Notes under the pieces: generated by a model
Database searches by the model: none
Seen by the model: the letters and a program-made list of their open reading frames with translations, nothing else
What the model was told of the DNA's origin: nothing
DNA from: Spirochaetia bacterium
Lineage (GTDB): Bacteria > Spirochaetota > Spirochaetia > SP-2023
Assembly (NCBI GenBank): GCA_965225855.1
Contig: CBDDCK010000005.1
Coordinates: 352,001-416,000 of the forward strand
Direction of reading: 5' to 3'
DNA: 64,000 bases
Made by a program: the position numbers and the translations under genes
Shown: positions 50,419 to 57,536 of the stretch, piece by piece
Position numbering within the stretch: the first letter of the stretch is position 1
Layout: each line of letters starts with the position of its first letter

Positions 50419-50465
50419 TCAAAAAGCTAGTAAGGTTTTGACTGAAAACCTTACTAGCTTTTTGA
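50419..50465. terminator. Bidirectional terminator-like hairpin inside the left end of the element
   Basis: TCAAAAAGCTAGTAAGGTTTT-GACTG-AAAACCTTACTAGCTTTTTGA; perfect 21-bp stem. Confidence 0.75.
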
Positions 50466-50701
50466 TTGGCAACCTAGGGATTTTCCAACAAACCCGATCG
50501 ACACTGTATGGCCAAAGTTGTTTGCAACGAGCGCTTTCGCTATATACCCACAAGAGCCGCAAGGTAAAGGCCAAAGGGCTTCAGATAAAAAAAGACTAAA
50601 ACATAGCCAAACGATTATTAATGATAGGCTGGTAAAAGAAATTTTAGCTAAGGCTAAAGCAGAACAATACCGATAAATAAATACCCCAGCCCCCTCTAAC
50701 T

Positions 50702-50820
50702 ATAGAATTACCTCCCACCTATTTAATAGAATCGACCTAAATCTATCAATAGAATTACCTCCCACCTATTGATAGAATTGACCCAAATCTATCAATAGAT
50801 TTACCTCCCACCTATTAATA
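50702..50820. repeat. About 2.5 copies of a 46-bp repeat made of two alternating 23-bp subunits
   Basis: ATAGAATTACCTCCCACCTATTG alternating with ATAGAATTGACCCAAATCTATCA. Confidence 0.9.
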
Positions 50821-50849
50821 CCCTAGTCTTTAATGAAATTTTCTACATC

Positions 50850-50995
50850 GGCACATAATCCAGGACCTATACAACAATCATCGGAAATCGTTGGCCAAAT
50901 TCTGAACGCCCCTGAAAGAATAATATCCCGTTTTCATTTTCATTAAATGTTTCACCTTTTGGAGATTGCCCCATAGTGTAATTGAGGTGTAATCA
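50850..50995 (-). pseudogene. hsdS: Fragment of a type I restriction-modification specificity subunit (HsdS target-recognition domain), internally deleted
   Basis: Minus strand reads MGQSPKGETFNENENGILFFQGRSEFGQRFP, then in a shifted frame DCCIGPGLCA. These are the start and end motifs of a common HsdS TRD type, with the middle missing. Confidence 0.8.
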
Positions 50996-51278
50996 AGTAT
51001 TTTATTCAATTCTACACTTTGCCACCCCCCAAAGGCCAAACAAAGGCCAAACAAAGGCCAACACCCTTAAGCCTTTTGATTGGCATGGATTTTGAACCAC
51101 CTTACAACACTAAACAACACTAACACACAAAAAAAGTGCCCAAAACATAAAAAAGCACAAAAAAACTTACAAAAAGCTTATATAGGCCTTGACGCAACAC
51201 CCCCCTAGCAAAATGGGGCGCTGTACACTAGCCCGTATGGGTTGGCTAATCTTTATCCATTTGTTGGAGGTATTGCTT

Positions 51279-53399
51279 ATGTATAAGCACAAACTATTTT
51301 TATTGCCTGTAGCCTGGCTACTGGCCTTTATGGCCTTGGCCTGCGCCCCACCCGATGACGATGATGCGCCATCTTCTGGGCCGTCTGGGCCTGCAATCAC
51401 CAGTGCAAGCTACGATGTTGGCACGGCTCTGTTAACCGTACAAGGTACTGACTTAAGTCCTACAGAAGCCCAAATCCAAACTATCACGGTAGCTGGCGTA
51501 GCCTTAAGTTCCTATACTGCAGATGACGATGCCACTGGGGTAAATAGTAACGGTCTTGAACAAGGTAAGTACCGTATTAAAAGCGATGGCACAGCGCTTT
51601 GGCTTAGACTTACCGATCGACATAAAGCTACTCTGAATGGCAAGGTGGATAGCAATGGTCTAAAAAAAGGCTTGCTTACTAGCTCTGGTGCTTGGGCGGG
51701 TTTAGATACAGCCAAAGACTTAACCGTTAGGAATATACCCGCAGCCGAACAAGTCGATGATCAATCGCCTAAGCAAACTGAAGATAAGCAGTCGCCTAAG
51801 TTACCCGAAGCCGAACAAACCGAAGAAGTCGATGATGAATCGCCTAAGCAACCTAAAGACAAACAAGTCGAACAAGCTGAAGAAGAGTCGCCTAAGCAAC
51901 CTAAAGCTGAAGATCAGTCGCCTGAAGCTGCAATTACCGGTGCAACCTACAATGTTGGCACGGCGCTGTTAACCGTACAAGGTTCTAACTTAAGTGCTAC
52001 AACTGCGACCCAAGCCCAAATCCAAACCATCACGGTAGATGGGGTAGACTTAAATTCCTATATTGCAGATGGCACAGCCACTGGACCAGATAGTCGCGGT
52101 CTTGCAAAAGGTAAGTACCGCATTAAAAACGATGGCACAGCGCTTTGGCTTTACCTTACCGATACCGATAAAGCTACTCTGAATGGCAAGGACGGTATGA
52201 ATACCAATGGTCTAAAAGATGGGTTGCTTAGCGTTGGCACTGGTACTTGGGCGGGTTTAGATACAGCCAAAGCCTTGGCCGTTAGTGGTAACCCCGCACC
52301 CGCAATTACCAGTGCAACCTATGATGTTGGTACAGGCGAGTTATATATTAGAGGTGTCAAGTTACCGAAATTATTTGCAAGATGGGACTTTAGCAAATTG
52401 ACGCTTGTATCCGGTGATGGTAGTAATAGATACACATTACCAAGGCACGCAACTGCAGGTGAAAACACAGCCTCAGGTTCTCGTGTAGGTACAACCTACT
52501 TAAGTATTACTTTAAGCGGTAGTGTAAAAGCGGAAGCCGAGAAGATACTGGTTAACGATGGTGTTCGTGATAATAATGGTGCATACAACCTGGAAGCAGC
52601 AGCAGGATTTGCAGGTGGTAGCGCAGAAGACACAAGTAACCCTATTACCGTTAGTGGGTATAATATCATCAGCAAAGCAACCTACGATGCTAATACAGGC
52701 GAGTTAATTATTTTCGGTATCGGTAAACGTTTACCGGAAACAGTTGCAGAATGGGACTTTAGCAAATTGACGCTTGTATCCGGTGATGGTAGTAAGAGAT
52801 ACACATTACCAAGGCACGCAACTGCAGGTGAAAACACAGCCTCAGGTTCTCGTGTAAGTGCAACATTCTTAGCGATTACTTTAAGCGGTAGTGTAAAAGC
52901 GGAAGCCGAGAAGATACTGGTTAACGATGGTGTTCGTGATGCTAATGGTGCATACAACCTGGAAGCAGCAGCAGAATTTGTATCTGGTAGGGTAGCAGAA
53001 ACCAGCAACCCTATTACCGTTAGTGGCTACGTAAGCCAGATCGAATACGTATTATACACAACTATTAATGGCCAGTTAACTATTAGAGGTACGAGGTTAC
53101 CGACAGCAGTTGCAGATTGGGACTTTAGCAAATTGACGCTTGTATCCGGTGATGGTAGTAATAGATACACATTACCCCGGCACTCAACTGTAGGTGAAAA
53201 CAAAGCCACAGGTTCTAGTGCAAGTGGAACAAACTTAGTGATTACTTTAAGCGGTAGTGTAAAAGCGGAAGTCGAGAAGATACTGGTTAAGGCTGGTTTT
53301 CGTGATAATGCTGGTGCATACAACCTGGAAGCAGCAGCAGAATTTATATCTGGTAGTCGAGAAGACCTAAAAAATGCTATTAAAGTTATAGATTGGTAA
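51279..53399 (+). CDS. Modular surface lipoprotein, paralog 4 (A-linker-A-B-B-B)
   Basis: ATG 51279 after GGAGG; lipobox LAFMALA-C-APPDDDD; same A and B modules. Confidence 0.88.
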   Translation: MYKHKLFLLPVAWLLAFMALACAPPDDDDAPSSGPSGPAITSASYDVGTALLTVQGTDLSPTEAQIQTITVAGVALSSYTADDDATGVNSNGLEQGKYRIKSDGTALWLRLTDRHKATLNGKVDSNGLKKGLLTSSGAWAGLDTAKDLTVRNIPAAEQVDDQSPKQTEDKQSPKLPEAEQTEEVDDESPKQPKDKQVEQAEEESPKQPKAEDQSPEAAITGATYNVGTALLTVQGSNLSATTATQAQIQTITVDGVDLNSYIADGTATGPDSRGLAKGKYRIKNDGTALWLYLTDTDKATLNGKDGMNTNGLKDGLLSVGTGTWAGLDTAKALAVSGNPAPAITSATYDVGTGELYIRGVKLPKLFARWDFSKLTLVSGDGSNRYTLPRHATAGENTASGSRVGTTYLSITLSGSVKAEAEKILVNDGVRDNNGAYNLEAAAGFAGGSAEDTSNPITVSGYNIISKATYDANTGELIIFGIGKRLPETVAEWDFSKLTLVSGDGSKRYTLPRHATAGENTASGSRVSATFLAITLSGSVKAEAEKILVNDGVRDANGAYNLEAAAEFVSGRVAETSNPITVSGYVSQIEYVLYTTINGQLTIRGTRLPTAVADWDFSKLTLVSGDGSNRYTLPRHSTVGENKATGSSASGTNLVITLSGSVKAEVEKILVKAGFRDNAGAYNLEAAAEFISGSREDLKNAIKVIDW

Positions 53400-53702
53400 G
53401 TAGGGTTTGGTTGTTGCAACGTTTGCATTTGAAAATTGCAACCTTGGTAAGTTTTTTAGCAAGGTTGCTTTTGCCAATTATAGCCTTGGTATGGAGAAAA
53501 TACCAAGGCTGTAAAAAAATTTATTAAGGCTACAAATTTTTTTGTCAAGGCTGTAAATTTTTTTATTAAGGCTGCTTTTGCCAATTCCAGCCTTGGTAAA
53601 TTTTTTTATCAAGGTTGCTTTTGCCAATTATAGCCATTCTGGAAAGTAGAAAAAAATCGAGTTATCACGTCCGATGGCACAAAGTTATCACGTCCTGCAT
53701 CA

Positions 53703-53934
53703 AGATATTGATGGTTTTGGCCTTATGCCGTACAGAAATGAGTTATATGGGTCTGGCTTTTGTTCCAGCGTGATTCCCCAATTGCCGTTGTGTGAATATG
53801 CTTTGGCTGAATTACAGTGGCTAATGACGCAGGCCAATAATAAAGCCAGTGCGGAGGATGATTTCTACGGTCAGCCACATCAAAGTTGGCAGGAAATTCA
53901 TTCTGCTTGAATAAAGAAGATATTTACCGTAAGG
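53703..53934 (+). repeat. 232-bp direct repeat, right copy
   Basis: Matches 50010-50241 except TATAGG/TATGGG and ATTTAT/ATTCAT. Confidence 0.97.
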
Positions 53935-54035
53935 ATTGGCAGCAGGCTCAACGCTATTTGCGCAAACATCCTATCTTCGGTATTAAACTTTTATTACAGC
54001 CCAAGAAGAGGGAGTCTAAGCCCATTCCCTTTTAA
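53703..54035 (+). pseudogene. Possible remnant of the gene interrupted by the element (5' part at about 49860-50241)
   Basis: Short frames DIDGFGLMPY...QEIHSA* and LNKEDIYRKDWQQAQRYLRKHPIFGIKLL...PF*; the second crosses the end of the duplication without a break. No family recognised. Confidence 0.3.
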
Positions 54036-54037
54036 AC

Positions 54038-54724
54038 TTACCGACCCAAATATTGTAAAATTTTTGATTGGATTGTATCTCGGTTTTGGTCAGCATTTAA
54101 GCAGTGGATTTGCATATCTGGGGCAATTTGGCGAAAGTGTTGGATAACATCTAAGTAGGCTTGATGTACACGAGTGAGAAAACCGATAGTTTCAAAAATC
54201 TCTGTTGGGCAATGCTCTTTGGCTTCGCGCTGGGCAATGCGTTGGGCTGCTTTCTCGGCGGGTATATCCATATAAATAAAATACTGCGGTATAGGAAAAT
54301 GGCGATTTAATTGCCAAATTTGGGCCAGCGGTGTGCTTTGGCCTTGATAGACTAAAGAAGAAAATAAATAGCGTTCTGAAATACAAATATAGCCGTTTTG
54401 AATTTGTTTGGAAATCACCTGTATATGTTGGGCACGATCATCTGCAAAATACTGGGGGAGATTATGCCTTTCTGTCATAAGTTCGGGACTATCTGCTTGC
54501 TTTTGCAACAAAAAACGAATCTGCTGGCCAATTGGCCCTGAACTGGGCTCTGTGCTACGCTCACAAGCAATATTTTGCTTTACGAAATATTGTTCGAGCA
54601 AACGAGCTTGGGTTGAGCTGCCCGAGCCATCAATTCCTTCTATTACGATAAAATTTTTTATTATGGTAGGGTGCTCATAGCCATAGTTTAGCTGGGAAAG
54701 TTGTTGAGTAAAACTTTGAATCAT
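54038..54724 (-). CDS. tmk: Thymidylate kinase
   Basis: FIVIEGIDGSGSSTQ, TEPSSGPIG, FADDRAQH and ERYLFSSLVYQ motifs. Confidence 0.9.
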   Translation of the reverse strand: MIQSFTQQLSQLNYGYEHPTIIKNFIVIEGIDGSGSSTQARLLEQYFVKQNIACERSTEPSSGPIGQQIRFLLQKQADSPELMTERHNLPQYFADDRAQHIQVISKQIQNGYICISERYLFSSLVYQGQSTPLAQIWQLNRHFPIPQYFIYMDIPAEKAAQRIAQREAKEHCPTEIFETIGFLTRVHQAYLDVIQHFRQIAPDMQIHCLNADQNRDTIQSKILQYLGR

Positions 54725-54729
54725 CTGCG

Positions 54730-55623
54730 TTATTTATGTTTTTGCAACAGGCTGCGAAAACCGTTATAAGGTTTATCTGCCTGCGAAAATAGTTGGAGTA
54801 AAACATCATGAAGCTCTGGCGCGCTAGCTAATACCGAGTAGGGAAAATCTTTTTGTGTGCCGTATAAATCCGTATATTTGCCGCCAGCCTCTTCTAAAAT
54901 TAAGCAAGCTGCAGCTACGTCATAAAGGTTTAAGCCAATTTCCCAAAAACCATCATAAACTCCGGCTGCCACCAAACAAATATCCAAAGCGGCTGAACCC
55001 AAACGCCGAATATCGCTGACATGCGGCAGTATATAACCTAAATATAAATAGTTATTTGGCTGGATTCCCGCGCGCAAACAACCAAAACCGGTAATTAGTA
55101 CAGAACTAGCCAGTTGATTTTGCGGGCTTTCTTTGGGCTTTTCTTCCTGCAAACGCTTGGGCTCTATCAATTGGTAGCTTGAATCATTGCTAGTTTGCAC
55201 CCCATAATGCCAAGCTCCGCAACCGCGTTCGGCCATGTATAATTCAGCTAAAGCTGGCCCATAAACGGCTGCCAAAATAGTTTGGCCATTATGTTGCAGA
55301 GTAATGCTCACGCTGTAGTAAGTAAAGCCTTTGACAAAGTTTACAGTACCATCAATGGGGTCTATCAACCAACAATACTCTTCTTGTAACTGCGTTTTGT
55401 CCAGCTTCTCACCAAACTCCTCGCCTATGATTTTGTGCTGGGGAAATTGCGTTTGAATTTGCTGCCGAATAAAATGCTCTACATTTTCATCGGCTTCCGA
55501 AACCAAATCCCGCACGGTATGGTTTTTAGAGCGGACAGCTAGCCCAGCTAAATCCTTGCGGAATTGCAGGCTAAGCTGTCCAGCAGAAATAATCAATTGT
55601 TCTAAGAAAATGCGAAATTCCAT
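54730..55623 (-). CDS. Inositol monophosphatase family protein (SuhB-like)
   Basis: DLVSEAD, GEE, WLIDPIDGTVNF, RRLGSAALD and YDVAAA..ILEEAGG motifs. Confidence 0.92.
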   Translation of the reverse strand: MEFRIFLEQLIISAGQLSLQFRKDLAGLAVRSKNHTVRDLVSEADENVEHFIRQQIQTQFPQHKIIGEEFGEKLDKTQLQEEYCWLIDPIDGTVNFVKGFTYYSVSITLQHNGQTILAAVYGPALAELYMAERGCGAWHYGVQTSNDSSYQLIEPKRLQEEKPKESPQNQLASSVLITGFGCLRAGIQPNNYLYLGYILPHVSDIRRLGSAALDICLVAAGVYDGFWEIGLNLYDVAAACLILEEAGGKYTDLYGTQKDFPYSVLASAPELHDVLLQLFSQADKPYNGFRSLLQKHK

Positions 55624-55664
55624 TGCTTATTCGTGCGCAACTGTCAATGAGCAATCGTCAATAA

Positions 55665-57254
55665 TCAATTTGCTTCACCAGCTGGCGCATTATCATCTTC
55701 GGTCGCCCCCCGTTCTTGAGCCAATTGGTCATATGTTTTATAAGGCGTGCGCTTGTTAAAACCATTGTGCGGCGAACGGAATCGCAGAGCCAATTCTGCT
55801 CCCCAAAAATCTTTAGCCACTGTATTTAAATGGATAGCAGCCTGGAATTGAAACGACCCTAAATTGAGCATAAGCCCAGGCGAGAAATTGCTGTTGTAAT
55901 ACTGCAAAGTAACACGCAAAGCGTTGTTAAATAGCCCTACACCGGCGAGCAAGCGCAGGTGGTCGATAGGGTCAAACAAGGCCGAGTAGGGGCTTTGGCC
56001 ACCTTTGAATAAGCCACGCAGTTGGATAATTTCCAAACCGCCAAACACTTGCAAAATTTTGGGGAATTGATGTTCGGCATAAACGCCCCAGTCAAAATCT
56101 ATAGCGTAGCGCACTTTATCGCCCTTGCTGCTAAAAGGTATGTTAAAACCGAGCAAGTCGGAAATTTTTAAGCCTGCGTGGAGAAATTTCAACTGGGGCA
56201 TGATTGCGCCAAAATGGTATTGCACGCCAAAGTCTAAGCCTAAGTTCACACCCACTAGTGAAGTTAGGGCATCGCTAAGTACCTTATTGGCATCAACCCC
56301 GCTGTCATTAGCCGAGTTAGAGATTAAATTCCCCAGCGAGTTTTGATTCATACCGATGTAAGGGGCAAATTTAAGGCCCAAACCAAAGGTAAAGCCGGGC
56401 AGCGCTTCATTAAAATCGTGGGCAAACGCTAAACGCAGCGGCGTTGTAAAATACACTTGTAGCCCTAGCGGAACGTTTGCTTTTAGCTTAATTCCTTTGA
56501 TTGTCATGGATAAGGGCATGGAAACCGATTTTACGTTGTTGCGGAAAACGGCTTTTTCTTCAATGCCAAAGTAAAAACCCCAGGCTAATGGCTTGTAGTC
56601 ATTGACATGGCTTAGTGAAAGAGTACGGGCATACAACTCAAGACCCAAGTCCCCCACGCTTTTACTGATTTTATCTATCATTACATCGGTAAGTTCGCTT
56701 ACAACGTCTGCTGCGTCTTTTAGGTTATCTACCAATTTCTCCTTATCATCACGTGATAAATCCTTGATTTTTTGAATAGTTAAATTGTCTTTACCCTGTA
56801 GAGAGTCAATATCATTTACCAGTCGATCATAAGCCTTATCGGTTAGCGATTTTATTAGCTCTACGGTTTTATCATCACCTGTAGGGTCTTCACTGAGTAA
56901 CTTGGTTAAATTCGTTACAAATTTAAATTCATCGATAATTCTGTCGCTAATTTTGCTGGGGTCTTGCAATAGCTCCCAAGTATCGGCCGTTAAAAATGCA
57001 TCTGCAGATACGACTTCGGTGATCCATTCATGTTTTTTGCCTGCTTTATTTTTATCTTGCAAAAGGCTATGCCGTTCTTCTTTGTTTTTAATACCCGCAG
57101 GGTTGGACAAAATTGAGCTAGCTTGGCCGGGTTCGGCCACCATGGCGTCCATGCCCCCACGCCGCCATTCATCGGTAGGGGCTTGGGCAAACAAATGGCC
57201 TCCAGTAAACCAAACTGAAAACAGTATTGCTAATAGTTTATTTTTGTTGTTCAT
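55665..57254 (-). CDS. Putative outer-membrane beta-barrel protein
   Basis: Signal peptide, N-terminal GGMDA...SNPAG motif, a helical insert, then many amphipathic beta-strand-like segments (LGLDFGVQYHF, FDWGVYAE). Confidence 0.55.
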   Translation of the reverse strand: MNNKNKLLAILFSVWFTGGHLFAQAPTDEWRRGGMDAMVAEPGQASSILSNPAGIKNKEERHSLLQDKNKAGKKHEWITEVVSADAFLTADTWELLQDPSKISDRIIDEFKFVTNLTKLLSEDPTGDDKTVELIKSLTDKAYDRLVNDIDSLQGKDNLTIQKIKDLSRDDKEKLVDNLKDAADVVSELTDVMIDKISKSVGDLGLELYARTLSLSHVNDYKPLAWGFYFGIEEKAVFRNNVKSVSMPLSMTIKGIKLKANVPLGLQVYFTTPLRLAFAHDFNEALPGFTFGLGLKFAPYIGMNQNSLGNLISNSANDSGVDANKVLSDALTSLVGVNLGLDFGVQYHFGAIMPQLKFLHAGLKISDLLGFNIPFSSKGDKVRYAIDFDWGVYAEHQFPKILQVFGGLEIIQLRGLFKGGQSPYSALFDPIDHLRLLAGVGLFNNALRVTLQYYNSNFSPGLMLNLGSFQFQAAIHLNTVAKDFWGAELALRFRSPHNGFNKRTPYKTYDQLAQERGATEDDNAPAGEAN

Positions 57255-57536
57255 TATATCTCCTAGAAAATTCAACGAGCCAATTTACGGTGGGAATAAA
57301 GTAAAAATACTTTACCATTATTGCAAGAGAAATCGTTGAGAATTTTAAAAAACCCAATAACTATTTTTGTTCAAGTTTCATTCAAAGAATAGCTCACTTG
57401 GTAAAAAATTAGTAAAAAAATTTGGTAGTGAGTTTATGGAGCTCTACTATCATAGGAAAAATGCTGTTGGAAAAATTTCGTTCCAGTACTGGAAAAATCC
57501 TTTGTTTGCGTTACAGTATGCTGTGAAAATTTCTTT

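Larger units (their letters stand above)
50242..53702. mobile_element. Putative non-autonomous transposon (3461 bp) carrying lipoprotein paralog 4; 45-bp TIRs; no transposase
   Basis: Left end TGAAAGAGGACATGATAACTTAACGGGATAAGACGTGATAACTCG (50242-50286). Right end reverse complement TGATGCAGGACGTGATAACTTTGTGCCATCGGACGTGATAACTCG (53658-53702). They align without gaps (34/45 identical) and both abut the 232-bp direct repeats exactly. Confidence 0.8.

Noticed and set aside
50205..50599. Short ORFs at the left end of the element as a transposase remnant
   Set aside because: No DDE, HTH or other recognisable motif; they overlap the TIR, the hairpin and the chassis box.
1763..53399. Diversity-generating retroelement acting on the lipoprotein repeats
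   Set aside because: There is no reverse transcriptase in the window, and I saw no template/variable repeat pair with adenine-restricted differences.
49909..53910. ORFs 49909-50217 and 53674-53910 as two genuine paralogous genes
   Set aside because: Their similarity is just the 232-bp duplication, and the second ORF starts inside the right TIR.
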